A stretch of DNA of 64,000 nt, from positions 33,690 to 97,689 of the forward strand of contig JAFQJA010000019.1 in NCBI GenBank assembly GCA_017397315.1, read 5' to 3'. The notes beneath the pieces are model-generated. The model had not been told where the DNA came from. It ran no database searches and worked only from the letters and a program-made list of their open reading frames with translations. Made by a program: the position numbers and the translations under genes. This stretch comes from Clostridia bacterium (GTDB lineage: Bacteria; Bacillota; Clostridia; Monoglobales; Firm-18). Of the stretch, positions 1-10,798 are shown in pieces; within the stretch, counting starts at the first letter, position 1, and each line of letters begins with the position of its first letter.

Positions 1-878
1 AAGGTAAAGAAACATTATTTTCCATAAGAGCAATTCCTTTCGGGGGATACTGCAAAATGGAGGGCGAAGACGAACAGTCGGACAATGACGGTTCCTTCAG
101 TAAAAAAAGCAGACCTAAAAAATTACTGATACTTGCATCAGGTGCAATTATGAACATAATTACAGGCTTTTTACTGTTTGTTATAATTATGTTTCAGACA
201 AAGACGGTAGTTGTTCCCGTTGTTAACGAGGTCCTGGACAATTATCCTGCATATAATATACTTGTACCGGGCGACGAAATTACTAAAGTAAACGGAAAAA
301 GAGTTTACACAAGTGCAAATCTTAATACGGAAATTTCAAGAAACGGCGGTTCGCCTGTAGAATTGACATTAAAAAGAAACGGCGAAACAAAAATTGTTAC
401 AATTACACCAAAAAACGAAGACGGAAGGCTTTTATTAGGTTTTATGTCGGGTGTAAAAAAACTTAATTTCGGCAACAGGTTTTTTTACGCGTACAGAAAT
501 ACCGTTGATTTTTCTAAAATGGTAATTACCTCGTTGGGAGATTTAATTACAGGAAAGGTTGGTATTAATAATATTTCGGGGCCTGCAGGAATTGTAAGCG
601 AAATAGGAAATGCGGCAGACACATCAAAGGAGGAGGGCTCGTATATCCCTCTTTTAGTTCTTGTTGCATTTATTACAATAAATCTTGGAGTATTTAATCT
701 TTTACCCATACCCGCTCTTGACGGCGGAAGAATTTTCTTTGTACTGGCAAGTGCTATTATAAGAAAGGATATACCGCCCGAAAAAGAAGGTATAGTTCAT
801 TTTATTGGTCTTTTCCTTTTGTTTGGACTTATGATTTATGCCACGGGCAACGATTTAATAAGGATATTTAGGAGTTAG
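1..878 (+). CDS. rseP: RIP metalloprotease RseP (M50 family, PDZ domain); 5' end lies outside the window
   Basis: The frame is open from base 3 (GKETLFSIRAIPFGGYCKM...). Contains the NLLPIPALDGG motif and lies upstream of ispG. Confidence 0.93.
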   Translation, partial: GKETLFSIRAIPFGGYCKMEGEDEQSDNDGSFSKKSRPKKLLILASGAIMNIITGFLLFVIIMFQTKTVVVPVVNEVLDNYPAYNILVPGDEITKVNGKRVYTSANLNTEISRNGGSPVELTLKRNGETKIVTITPKNEDGRLLLGFMSGVKKLNFGNRFFYAYRNTVDFSKMVITSLGDLITGKVGINNISGPAGIVSEIGNAADTSKEEGSYIPLLVLVAFITINLGVFNLLPIPALDGGRIFFVLASAIIRKDIPPEKEGIVHFIGLFLLFGLMIYATGNDLIRIFRS

Positions 879-880
879 TT

Positions 881-1927
881 ATGGATAGGAAAATAACAAA
901 GGTTATAGATGTGGGCGGAGTTAAAATCGGCGGTGGAAACCGAATTACTGTGCAGAGCATGTGCAATAAAGACACTAAAAATACCGCAGAAGTTTTAAAG
1001 CAGATAAACGAACTTTATAATGCAGGGTGTGATATAGTACGCCTTGCAGTCCCTGATGAAAAAGCGGCACAAGCGTTTTCTGTAATTTGCTCTTCCTCAC
1101 CTGTACCTGTTGTTGCAGATATACATTTTGACTACAAATTAGCACTTATGTGTGCTGAAAACGGGGCCTCAAAAATACGAATTAACCCGGGAAATATTGG
1201 CGACGGACAAAAAGTTAAAGAGGTTGCGGACAAGTGCAGGAAGTATAAAATCCCGATAAGAATAGGTGTAAATCTTGGCTCTATTGAGAAAGAAATCGAA
1301 AAGAGATATGGACGCACTGCAAAGGCAATGGTTGAAAGTGCCATGGGGCATATAAGACTTCTTAACAAATACGATTTTGACGATATTGCACTATCATTAA
1401 AGGCGTCAGATGTAGAGAAAACCGTACAAGCTTATAGAATAATAAGCGGAACTACAAATTATCCATTGCATGTGGGAGTAACGGAAGCTGGAACATTGTA
1501 TGGCGGTTTAATCAAGTCATCAGCCGGTATAGGCTCTCTTTTGCTTGATGGAATTGGAGATACAATAAGGGTGTCTTTAACAGCAGACCCTGTAGAAGAG
1601 CCAAAAGCGGGAATAACATTGCTTAAGGCATTGGGTATCAGAAAAGATGGGATAAATTTTGTTTCGTGCCCATCCTGCGGAAGATGTAAAATAAATCTTG
1701 TGGAGATAGCAAACAAAGTGCATGACGCACTTTGCAATGTAGATAAAGATATAACCGTTGCAGTAATGGGCTGTGTGGTAAACGGTCCCGGAGAGGCAAA
1801 GGATGCTGACATTGGTATTGCAGGTGGCGACGGTTGTGCAGTTTTGTTTAAAAAAGGCGAAACAATGCGAAAAATAGCGGAAGAAAATATTGTTGACGAA
1901 TTACTTAAAGAAATAGGAGAGATATAA
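881..1927 (+). CDS. ispG: (E)-4-hydroxy-3-methylbut-2-enyl-diphosphate synthase
   Basis: VQSM, ADIHFD, RINPGN, PLHVGVTEAG, SCPSCGR and MGCVVNGPGEA motifs. Confidence 0.97.
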   Translation: MDRKITKVIDVGGVKIGGGNRITVQSMCNKDTKNTAEVLKQINELYNAGCDIVRLAVPDEKAAQAFSVICSSSPVPVVADIHFDYKLALMCAENGASKIRINPGNIGDGQKVKEVADKCRKYKIPIRIGVNLGSIEKEIEKRYGRTAKAMVESAMGHIRLLNKYDFDDIALSLKASDVEKTVQAYRIISGTTNYPLHVGVTEAGTLYGGLIKSSAGIGSLLLDGIGDTIRVSLTADPVEEPKAGITLLKALGIRKDGINFVSCPSCGRCKINLVEIANKVHDALCNVDKDITVAVMGCVVNGPGEAKDADIGIAGGDGCAVLFKKGETMRKIAEENIVDELLKEIGEI

Positions 1928-4900
1928 TTGCAACATTTATCAGAACTTTTTCCTGAAATCTGGGGAAATGTGAAATTTGACGGTAAGGTAACCGAGACAA
2001 AACTATATAAAGATTCGCGTGAAATTTATGTTAATGCTGAATTAGACCGATTTGTCAATAATGATACACTAACAGAAATCTGCGATAAAATTAAAGAGAA
2101 ATATAATCTTAATGCAGCAGAAATCGCACCTGTTTTTAACAAAGAATGTTACAGCAAAGACTTAATGCCGGAAATAATAAAATACATAAAAGATGCTGAT
2201 GTGGCGATGTTTTTACAAAACGGACAGTTCAGTTTTGACGGAGACAACATCAACATAAAATTTAACTGCTCATTAATAGAAAAGGACTTTAAAGGGGCAC
2301 TTACAAATAAAATAAAAGACCTTTTCGGCGTCGATGTTACCGTTATATCATCAGGAATTTCAGAAGACAGTGCAAGAGAGGAACTTGAAAATTTCCAGCG
2401 TGAGGTGGAACAGAGTAAAGCTAAAATTGTAAAACAAAGAATTAAGGAAAACAGTACAATTATTTACGGCAGAAAAATTAAGGACACAGATATTATGCCT
2501 ATCGCGGACATAAACGAACTTTCAGGCAATGTGGTAATTGAAGGTGAGATTTTTACCAAAGAGATTGATGTTCGTGTTACGAGGGATAAAAAATACATTA
2601 TAATTTTTTCCGTAACAGACTACACAAATTCCATTAGTTGTAAAATATTTGTTGACCAGCAACAAGTGTATGAAAGCGTAAGCGAAAGACTTAAAAAAGG
2701 CGCATATATCCGTATTAAAGGTAATGTGGGTTACGATAAATATTCAAGAGAAATCGTGCTTTCTGTATATGACATTAACGAAGCGGTAAAAACTGAAAGA
2801 ACAGATGACGCAGAAGAAAAGAGAGTTGAACTTCATTTGCATACGCAGATGAGCAGTATGGATTCAACAGTAAATATAGACCAACTTATTAAAAAGTGCC
2901 AGAAGTTCGGACACAAAGCAATTGCTGTTACAGACCACGGCGTTGTTCAGGCATTCCCCTTTATGATGAATGCTGCACAAAAGACGGATATTAAAGTTTT
3001 ATACGGTTGCGAAATTTATCTTGTAAATATAGGTAGACCCATCGTTTTTTGTGCAGACGGACAAAGCCTTACAAAAAGCGTTGTAGTGTTTGACACAGAA
3101 ACCACAGGTCTTAACAGAGAAAATGAAGAGATAATAGAAATAGGTGCAGTAAAAATACAGGACGGGGAGATTGTTGACAGATTTACGACATTCATTAACC
3201 CTAAAAAGCCAATACCTCAAAAAATTGTGGAACTTACAAATATAACAGACGAGATGGTAAAAGATGCTCCTTTTATCGAAACTGTTATGCCGCAGTTTCT
3301 TGATTTTTGCGGGGACAGTGTTCTGGTTGCCCACAATGCTTCTTTTGATATTGGCTTTGTTAAAGAAACTGCAAAAAGGCTTGGCATAGAAGATTTTGCA
3401 CCTACATATATAGATACTGTAGAGTTGGCACGCGGATTTTTACCCGATTTGCCCAAACACAAACTTGACTTTGTTGCAAAGGCTCTTAATATTTCTTTGG
3501 AGGGACATCACAGAGCAGTTAACGATGCAGAAACTACAGCACAGATTTATCTGGAATTTGCAAGCCGTTTGCAGAATATGGAAATTACTACTACAGATGG
3601 GGTAAATATAGCATTTGACCAAGAAACAGACCCCAAAAAGAAAGGCTATCACCACGCAGTAATTTTTGCGAAAAATTATACAGGACTTAAAAATCTTTAT
3701 AAGATAATTTCTGTATCGCACCTCGAGAATTTTTACAAAAGACCAAGAGTTACAAAGGCTCTTTACTTAAAATACTGTGATGGTCTTATGATTGGCTCTG
3801 CATGTGAACAAGGTGAATTATACAGAAGTATTCAGCAGGGCAAGTCAAACAAAGAAGTTGCATCAATTGCCAGATTTTATGATTATCTGGAAATTCAGCC
3901 CCTTGGCAACAATGAATTTATGTTGAGGAAAAACATTGTTGAGAGCAAAGAACAATTAATTGAAATAAACAAAAGAATTATTAACCTTGGTGAGTTTTTC
4001 GGCAAACCTGTAGTCGCAACCTGTGATGTTCACTTCTTAGAACCGAGAGATTCTATATACAGGGCTATCTTGCAAAAAGGTCAGGGGTATGAAGATGCTG
4101 ACAATCAGGCACCTTTATATTACAGAACAACAGAAGAAATGTTATGTGAGTTTTCATATCTGCCACCCGAAAAGGCTTACGAAATTGTTGTTACAAATAC
4201 CAACAAAATTGCAGATATGTGCGAAAAAATACAACCCGTTCCTGATGGTACATTTCCACCCGTATGGCCTAATGCACCTGACGAAATAAAGGAAATGAGC
4301 GAAGCAAAGGCGAAAAGAATATACGGTGAGAATTTGCCTGATATAGTTCGTGCAAGAATGGATAAAGAACTTCACTCAATTATTACCTACGGTTTTTCAG
4401 TTATGTATTTAATAGCCCAGAGACTTGTTAAAAAGAGTAACGAAGATGGATATTTGGTAGGCTCAAGAGGTTCTGTAGGTTCTTCATTTGTTGCATTTTT
4501 AAGTGATATTACAGAGGTTAATGCACTGCCACCCCACTATGTGTGCAAAAAGTGTCAGTACAGTGAATTTGTAACTGACGGCTCTTACGGTTGCGGTGTT
4601 GATATGCCTGATAAGGTGTGTCCGAAATGTGGAGAAATGCTTTTTAAAGACGGTCATGACATTCCTTTTGAAACATTCCTCGGATTTGCAGGGGACAAAG
4701 AACCTGATATTGACCTTAATTTTTCAGGGGACTATCAGCCAAAAGCTCACAAATATACCGAGGTGTTGTTTGGAGAGGGCTATGTTTTCAGAGCAGGTAC
4801 GATAGCTACTTTGGCAGATAAAACTGCATTCGGGTTTGTTAAAAAGTACCTTGATGAAAAAGGAATAGTTGCGTCTAATGCAGAAATTGAAAGATTAATT

Positions 4901-6121
4901 GGCGGTGTGGGAGGAGTAAAGCGTACCACAGGTCAGCATCCGGGCGGTGTAATGATTTTGCCTAAAGGACACGATATCCACGAGTTTTGTCCTGTTCAGC
5001 ACCCTGCTGATGATAATGATACAGACATTATAACTACTCACTTTGATTATCATTCAATAAGCGGAAGACTTCTAAAACTCGATATACTGGGACACGACGA
5101 CCCCACAGTTATTAAAATGCTTGAAGACTTAACGGATATAGATGCAAAAACAATACCGCTTGATGACAAAGATACCATGAGCCTTTTCCTAAATACCGAG
5201 GCTCTTGGAGTAAGCGAAAAGGATATAGATAGTTCAGTAGGAACATTCGGCGTGCCGGAATTCGGTACAAAATTTGTAAGACAGATGCTTGTTGATACGA
5301 AGCCTACGACATTTTCTGAACTTTGCCGTATATCAGGTCTTTCGCACGGAACTGATGTTTGGCTTAACAATGCACAGGAACTGATTAACAATGGTATATG
5401 TTCTCTTAAAGATGCGATATGCACAAGAGATGATATTATGACTTATCTTATGTATGCGGGAGTTCCTGCAAAAAGTGCTTTTGATATTATGGAGCGTGTA
5501 AGAAAAGGCAAAGGCTTAAAACAAGACGAGATAGATATTTTAAACGAAAACAATATTCCTCAGTGGTATATTGACAGTTGCCAGAAAATCAAATATATGT
5601 TCCCGAAAGCACATGCTGTTGCTTATGTTACTATGGCATTCAGAATTGCGTGGTTTAAGGTACACTATCCCAAGGCATATTATATTGCTCATTTAACTGT
5701 AAGGGCAGATGAGTTCGACAGTTCAATTATGTGCAACAAGGAAACTGCGTGGGCGGAAAGACGCCGTCTTGATGCTTTGGGACGAGATGCAAGTGCAAAA
5801 GATAAAAATGTTCTTACGATACTTGAAACAGTTTGCGAAATGTTTGCCAGAGGAATAGAGTTTGAAAAAATAGATTTATATAAATCAGATGCAGTTAAGT
5901 TTACAGGTACGGAAAAAGGTATTATGCCACCGCTTAACGCTTTGCCCGGGCTTGGCGTAAACGCTGCCATGTCAATTGTAGAAGCAAGAAAAGAAGGTGA
6001 ATTTTCTTCAATAGAAGATTTAAGAAACCGTTCTAAAGTAAATAAAACCGTTATAGAATTAATGAAGGAGCAAGGCGTGCTTGACGGTATGCCCGAAAGC
6101 AACCAGTTAACATTTTTCTGA
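1928..6121 (+). CDS. polC: DNA polymerase III PolC-type alpha subunit
   Basis: 1397 aa. PHP domain (ELHLHT, TDHG), exonuclease DTETTG, PDIDLNF and KLDILGHDDPT. TTG start with AGGAG upstream. Confidence 0.97.
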   Translation: MQHLSELFPEIWGNVKFDGKVTETKLYKDSREIYVNAELDRFVNNDTLTEICDKIKEKYNLNAAEIAPVFNKECYSKDLMPEIIKYIKDADVAMFLQNGQFSFDGDNINIKFNCSLIEKDFKGALTNKIKDLFGVDVTVISSGISEDSAREELENFQREVEQSKAKIVKQRIKENSTIIYGRKIKDTDIMPIADINELSGNVVIEGEIFTKEIDVRVTRDKKYIIIFSVTDYTNSISCKIFVDQQQVYESVSERLKKGAYIRIKGNVGYDKYSREIVLSVYDINEAVKTERTDDAEEKRVELHLHTQMSSMDSTVNIDQLIKKCQKFGHKAIAVTDHGVVQAFPFMMNAAQKTDIKVLYGCEIYLVNIGRPIVFCADGQSLTKSVVVFDTETTGLNRENEEIIEIGAVKIQDGEIVDRFTTFINPKKPIPQKIVELTNITDEMVKDAPFIETVMPQFLDFCGDSVLVAHNASFDIGFVKETAKRLGIEDFAPTYIDTVELARGFLPDLPKHKLDFVAKALNISLEGHHRAVNDAETTAQIYLEFASRLQNMEITTTDGVNIAFDQETDPKKKGYHHAVIFAKNYTGLKNLYKIISVSHLENFYKRPRVTKALYLKYCDGLMIGSACEQGELYRSIQQGKSNKEVASIARFYDYLEIQPLGNNEFMLRKNIVESKEQLIEINKRIINLGEFFGKPVVATCDVHFLEPRDSIYRAILQKGQGYEDADNQAPLYYRTTEEMLCEFSYLPPEKAYEIVVTNTNKIADMCEKIQPVPDGTFPPVWPNAPDEIKEMSEAKAKRIYGENLPDIVRARMDKELHSIITYGFSVMYLIAQRLVKKSNEDGYLVGSRGSVGSSFVAFLSDITEVNALPPHYVCKKCQYSEFVTDGSYGCGVDMPDKVCPKCGEMLFKDGHDIPFETFLGFAGDKEPDIDLNFSGDYQPKAHKYTEVLFGEGYVFRAGTIATLADKTAFGFVKKYLDEKGIVASNAEIERLIGGVGGVKRTTGQHPGGVMILPKGHDIHEFCPVQHPADDNDTDIITTHFDYHSISGRLLKLDILGHDDPTVIKMLEDLTDIDAKTIPLDDKDTMSLFLNTEALGVSEKDIDSSVGTFGVPEFGTKFVRQMLVDTKPTTFSELCRISGLSHGTDVWLNNAQELINNGICSLKDAICTRDDIMTYLMYAGVPAKSAFDIMERVRKGKGLKQDEIDILNENNIPQWYIDSCQKIKYMFPKAHAVAYVTMAFRIAWFKVHYPKAYYIAHLTVRADEFDSSIMCNKETAWAERRRLDALGRDASAKDKNVLTILETVCEMFARGIEFEKIDLYKSDAVKFTGTEKGIMPPLNALPGLGVNAAMSIVEARKEGEFSSIEDLRNRSKVNKTVIELMKEQGVLDGMPESNQLTFF

Positions 6122-6122
6122 T

Positions 6123-6701
6123 ATGATAAAGATTAACGAAGTAATTATAGTCGAGGGGAAATACGATAAAATAAAATTGCAAAGTCTGTTTGATACTTTA
6201 GTGGTAACAACAGACGGCTTTCGGATATACAAAAACAAAGAGAAAGCCAAGATGTTAAGACTGTTGGCGGAAAAAAGGGGAATAATACTGCTTACCGACT
6301 CCGACAAAGCAGGACTTCGTATTAGAAACAAAGTCCGTGAAATAGTGGGTGATGCAAATATTAAAAATGTATTCGTTCCGCAGATAAAAGGTAAAGAAAA
6401 AAGAAAAGACAAAGGCGGAGCAGAAGGCATTTTGGGTGTAGAGGGGATAAACGACCAGATAATTATTGATGCGGTTATGTCTCAGGCAGTGCAAACTGCA
6501 CCGGGAGATAAGATTACCAAAGCTGAGTTTTATGCCCTTGGTTTTAGCGGGAAAAATGACAGCGGACTGAAACGGCAGAAACTGGCGCTGGCTTTAGGCT
6601 TGCCCGTTAATTTGTCCGCTACTATGTTACTTGACACAATTAACGCTGTGTTTTCAAAACAACAGTTTTATGACTTTATAAATAATCAGGAGGACTTATA
6701 A
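6123..6701 (+). CDS. rnmV: Toprim/DUF4093 protein, ribonuclease M5-like
   Basis: IIVEGKYD and LTDSDKAG toprim motifs; LGVEG. Confidence 0.75.
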   Translation: MIKINEVIIVEGKYDKIKLQSLFDTLVVTTDGFRIYKNKEKAKMLRLLAEKRGIILLTDSDKAGLRIRNKVREIVGDANIKNVFVPQIKGKEKRKDKGGAEGILGVEGINDQIIIDAVMSQAVQTAPGDKITKAEFYALGFSGKNDSGLKRQKLALALGLPVNLSATMLLDTINAVFSKQQFYDFINNQEDL

Positions 6702-8363
6702 ATGTCAGAAATGAAGAAGCAGTCATTTTTGCAGGGAGCATTTGTACTTGTGTGTGCAAATCTTCTGGTAAAAATAATAGGTGCGGGTTTTAAACTGCCT
6801 CTTACTTACCTAATCGGAGAGGAGGGTATGGGGCTTTTTGGCTCTGCCTACACAGTTTATACAATTTTGTTTGTAATTGCTACAGCGGGGTTTCCTATTG
6901 CCATTTCAAAAATGGTTTCGGAAAGTGTGGCATTGGGACATCTCCGCCAGGCAGACCGTATTTTTAAAGTGGCATTTTTGATGCTTTTGTGTGTAGGAAC
7001 TGCAGGTACTGCCGTTTTATATTTCGGTGCAGAAAGTTTCGCAGGATTTTTAAAAACTCCTGATGCCACAGGACCTATTAAGGCTATTGCTCCAGCGGTG
7101 TTTTTCGTTTCTGTAATGTCTTCTTTGAGAGGATATTTTCAGGGACACCAGAATATGTATCCTACTGCAGTTTCGGAAGTGGTAGAGGCTGTGGGAAAAC
7201 TGGTTTTCGGTTATTTCCTTGCATATTATTTTATGAATATAAATGTGGCTAAAGCTGCTTCAGGTGCTATCTTTGGTGTTACAATGGGTACGGTTTTAGG
7301 TGCAGGAATTCTAATTGCCATTTTTCTTTTCAAAAGGTTTAAAAATACCCGTTACAGTAGTTCTGAACCTTCGGTGCGAAGCGTAAAAAGTATTGCAAAA
7401 GAATTAGTGAAAATTTCCGTGCCAATTACTATAGGTGCATCTGTTGCAAGCATAACAACATTAATCGATATGGCAACTATAACAAGACGCCTGCAAACCA
7501 TTACACAAGTTACTGAGGAGTTTATTGTAAAATACGGAAGTCTTGCTGATATATCTTCTTTTACAGGTGCTATTGATTCGCAACTTGCAACTAAACTCTA
7601 CGGTCTTTACAACGGTTATGCAGTACCGCTTTTCAATTTGCCTTTGACCATTGTTGCGGCAATAGCTATGAGTGTTGTGCCTGCCATTGCGGCGGCTATA
7701 GCAAAAAAGAATTATGTAACAAGCAACGGAGTAACAAAAGGTGCCTTAAAAATTACCATACTTTTGGCGTTGCCCTGCGGTGCAGGTTTGTTTGCTTTGG
7801 CAAAGCCAATACTTGTGGCGTTATATAACAACGGACTTGCAGAAACACTGTTGCAGTCATTGTCTGTTGCAATAGTTTTTGTGTCTTTGCTATCTGTTAC
7901 AACTGCTGTTTTACAAGCCTACGGACACCCGTCGATTCCTATGGTTAATATGCTTATAGGCGGAATAGTAAAAATTGCTACAAACTATTATCTTGTGGGC
8001 ACACCCAAATACAACATTGACGGGGCACCTATCGGTACAGTTGTTTGCTATTTTGTTATAGTAATTCTAAATATAATTTGTTTGATAAGAATTACGAAAA
8101 TAAAGTTTAGTATTATTGATTTTGTTATAAAACCTTTGTTTTGTGCGCTTGTTATGGCGATACCGGTACTTGCGGGTTATAAAACGGCGTTCAACTTGGG
8201 ACTTGGCGTAAGGCCGTCTGTGTTAGTAGCAGTTGGTCTTGGTGTTTTGGTATACGGTTTGCTTATACTTTTTATCGGGGCAATTAAAAAAGAAGATGTT
8301 TTGATGCTTCCTAAAGGGGAAACTATTTATAAATTACTAACAAAGACAAAACTTATGAAGTAG
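6702..8363 (+). CDS. MOP-superfamily flippase (SpoVB/MurJ-like polysaccharide biosynthesis protein)
   Basis: [10 protein letters not shown]-terminus, [17 protein letters not shown] and many TM helices. Confidence 0.85.
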   Translation: MSEMKKQSFLQGAFVLVCANLLVKIIGAGFKLPLTYLIGEEGMGLFGSAYTVYTILFVIATAGFPIAISKMVSESVALGHLRQADRIFKVAFLMLLCVGTAGTAVLYFGAESFAGFLKTPDATGPIKAIAPAVFFVSVMSSLRGYFQGHQNMYPTAVSEVVEAVGKLVFGYFLAYYFMNINVAKAASGAIFGVTMGTVLGAGILIAIFLFKRFKNTRYSSSEPSVRSVKSIAKELVKISVPITIGASVASITTLIDMATITRRLQTITQVTEEFIVKYGSLADISSFTGAIDSQLATKLYGLYNGYAVPLFNLPLTIVAAIAMSVVPAIAAAIAKKNYVTSNGVTKGALKITILLALPCGAGLFALAKPILVALYNNGLAETLLQSLSVAIVFVSLLSVTTAVLQAYGHPSIPMVNMLIGGIVKIATNYYLVGTPKYNIDGAPIGTVVCYFVIVILNIICLIRITKIKFSIIDFVIKPLFCALVMAIPVLAGYKTAFNLGLGVRPSVLVAVGLGVLVYGLLILFIGAIKKEDVLMLPKGETIYKLLTKTKLMK

Positions 8364-8371
8364 GTGAAAAT

Positions 8372-9376
8372 ATGTCAGAGGAAAGAATTATTTCTGCAAA
8401 AAATATTTCAGAGGACGGAAACTTTGAGTTAACTTTAAGACCGCGTACATTAGAGGAATATGTAGGTCAGGAAAATGCCAAAGAAAGTCTTGAAATATTC
8501 ATAAAAGCCGCGAAATTAAGAAATGAGCCTGTGGACCATGTTCTTTTATACGGTCCTCCGGGGCTTGGAAAAACTACCCTTGCGGGTGTTATAGCAAACG
8601 AAATGGGAGTAAACATAAGAGTTACAAGCGGTCCTGCCATTGAAAAGCAGGGCGACCTTGCAGCACTTCTTACCAATCTTTCTGAAAACGACATTTTATT
8701 TATAGACGAAATACACAGACTGAACAGGTCTATAGAAGAAGTGCTTTATCCTGCAATGGAGGACGGTGCTATAGACATTATAGTAGGACAAGGTCCGTCG
8801 GCACGCTCAATAAGACTTGATTTGCCAAAATTCACCCTTATAGGTGCTACTACACGGGCAGGGCAGTTGTCTGCACCCCTTCGCGACAGATTTGGCGTTA
8901 TGTTCAGACTTGAAATGTATTCAGATGAAGAACTTTGCAACATAGTAAAAAGGTCTGCGAGAATTCTTGATATAAGTGTAAAAGAAGAGGGTGTATATGA
9001 AATTGCCTCGCGTTCAAGAGGAACACCCAGAATTGCCAACAGACTTTTGCGACGAGTTCGTGATTACGCTCAAATCAAAGCAGACGGCGTTATTACAAAA
9101 GAAGTTGCAGATATGGCACTTAATCTGCTGGAAGTTGACAAAACAGGACTTGATAAAATTGATAAGAGTATATTAAACACGATTATAACTACTTTTGGCG
9201 GAGGCCCTGTAGGACTTGAAACTTTAGCGGCTACAACAGGGGAAGACCCTCTTACCATAGAAGATGTGTACGAGCCGTTTTTGATGCAAAGGGGATTTAT
9301 AAACAGAACACCACGAGGAAGAATGGCAACGGATTTGGCGTACAAATATTTAGATATAAAAAAGGGTTGTGAATAA
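8372..9376 (+). CDS. ruvB: Holliday junction branch migration ATPase RuvB
   Basis: [28 protein letters not shown] and [17 protein letters not shown]. Confidence 0.97.
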   Translation: MSEERIISAKNISEDGNFELTLRPRTLEEYVGQENAKESLEIFIKAAKLRNEPVDHVLLYGPPGLGKTTLAGVIANEMGVNIRVTSGPAIEKQGDLAALLTNLSENDILFIDEIHRLNRSIEEVLYPAMEDGAIDIIVGQGPSARSIRLDLPKFTLIGATTRAGQLSAPLRDRFGVMFRLEMYSDEELCNIVKRSARILDISVKEEGVYEIASRSRGTPRIANRLLRRVRDYAQIKADGVITKEVADMALNLLEVDKTGLDKIDKSILNTIITTFGGGPVGLETLAATTGEDPLTIEDVYEPFLMQRGFINRTPRGRMATDLAYKYLDIKKGCE

Positions 9377-9394
9377 TAATTCACAACCCTTTTT
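9359..9394. terminator. Bidirectional intrinsic terminator between ruvB and aroA; overlaps the last ruvB codons
   Basis: AAAAAGGGTTGTGAAT-AATA-ATTCACAACCCTTTTT between convergent genes. Confidence 0.85.
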
Positions 9395-9395
9395 A

Positions 9396-10679
9396 TCAGT
9401 TATCCCAAAAATCAATTTTCCCCCCAAGGGAAATATAGTCATTCCAGAACTGAGGATATGATTTATCGGTGCATTTATAATCATCAACAGTTACCAATTC
9501 TTCGCAAACTGAAGATGCGATTGCAACGGCCATTGCTATTCTGTGGTCATTACAACTGTTTGTTGCTCCGCCCGATAATTTTTCAGTACCCTCTATTATA
9601 AGAGAATCGCCTTTTTCAATTATTGTTCCGCCAAGGGAATTGAGTTGCTGGGCAATGGTGGACAGTCTGTCGCTTTCTTTTAGTCTTAACCTTGAAGCAC
9701 CCTTTATTACAGTCTCACCTGTTGCATTAATGGCTAGTACTGCTATTGCAGGTACCAGATCTGGTATCTGGGAAACATCTATAGTGCAACCGTGAAGATT
9801 TGACGGAAGTGCAGAAATGCCTTTTTCATTGTCAATTATAACTTTCCCGCCCATCTTTTTAATAATTTCTATTATTTTTTTGTCGCCCTGTTTCGTATTG
9901 GTGTTTAAGCCTTTGCATACCACAAAGTTGCCGATAGCACCGGCAGCCAGAAAAAATGCCGCTTGTGAATAGTCTGCCTCAATTGTGTAATTGCAAGGTT
10001 TATACTGTTGTCCGCCTTTTATTTTGAATTTCTTATATCTGTAATTAGTAATTGTTATGCCGTACTGTTGCATAACATCAATTGTTAAATCAACATACGC
10101 CTTTGACTCAAGAGGCGTAGTTACAATAATTTCGCTGTCCTGTGGGTATAAAGGCAGGGTGAACAAAAGTCCGCTTATAAACTGACTGCTTACATTGCCC
10201 TCCACTCTTATTTTGCCTTGAATGTCTCCGCTTTTAACTGTAAGAGGCAAGTAGTCAAGACTGCATTTATTGTACTCTATATCAAATTTGTCAAACAGAT
10301 TAAGATATATGTCAAGAGGTCTTTTGGGAAGACGCCCTTGCCCGTCAAAAGTAACCTTTTTAGTTGCAAGCAGAGCCAAAGGTATTAAAAATCTTAAAGT
10401 GGAGCCACTCTCTCTGCAGTTTAGTTTAACAGGTGCAGAAACATTTAGAGTGTTAGTTCCGTCTATTAAAAGCTTGTCGTCATAGCGTGTTATCTTTGCA
10501 CCCAATGCTGACATACATTCAATCGTTGCGTTTATATCTTCCGAGTCGCCAACATTTTTCAGTTCTGAAATACCCCGTGCGAGGGAAGCACAGACGATAG
10601 CTCTGTGGCTTATAGATTTGGACGGCGGTATAACAACACTGCCGTTTAATTCTTTTGGAGTTATTGTAATGCTGTTCAT
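9396..10679 (-). CDS. aroA: 3-phosphoshikimate 1-carboxyvinyltransferase (EPSP synthase)
   Basis: PPSKSISHR, CRESGSTLR, SSQFISGLL, RLKESDR and DHRIAM. Start moved to the ATG at 10679 (SD AGGGGTG). Confidence 0.95.
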   Translation of the reverse strand: MNSITITPKELNGSVVIPPSKSISHRAIVCASLARGISELKNVGDSEDINATIECMSALGAKITRYDDKLLIDGTNTLNVSAPVKLNCRESGSTLRFLIPLALLATKKVTFDGQGRLPKRPLDIYLNLFDKFDIEYNKCSLDYLPLTVKSGDIQGKIRVEGNVSSQFISGLLFTLPLYPQDSEIIVTTPLESKAYVDLTIDVMQQYGITITNYRYKKFKIKGGQQYKPCNYTIEADYSQAAFFLAAGAIGNFVVCKGLNTNTKQGDKKIIEIIKKMGGKVIIDNEKGISALPSNLHGCTIDVSQIPDLVPAIAVLAINATGETVIKGASRLRLKESDRLSTIAQQLNSLGGTIIEKGDSLIIEGTEKLSGGATNSCNDHRIAMAVAIASSVCEELVTVDDYKCTDKSYPQFWNDYISLGGKIDFWDN

Positions 10680-10798
10680 TGTTTTCTCACCCCTTTGGTA
10701 AATTATATAAAAAAATAGTAAAATAGTCAAGAAAATATTTGAAATGTACCACTGTTATGTGTTATACTGTATGTAGTATTTTTTAATGGAGGACAAAA

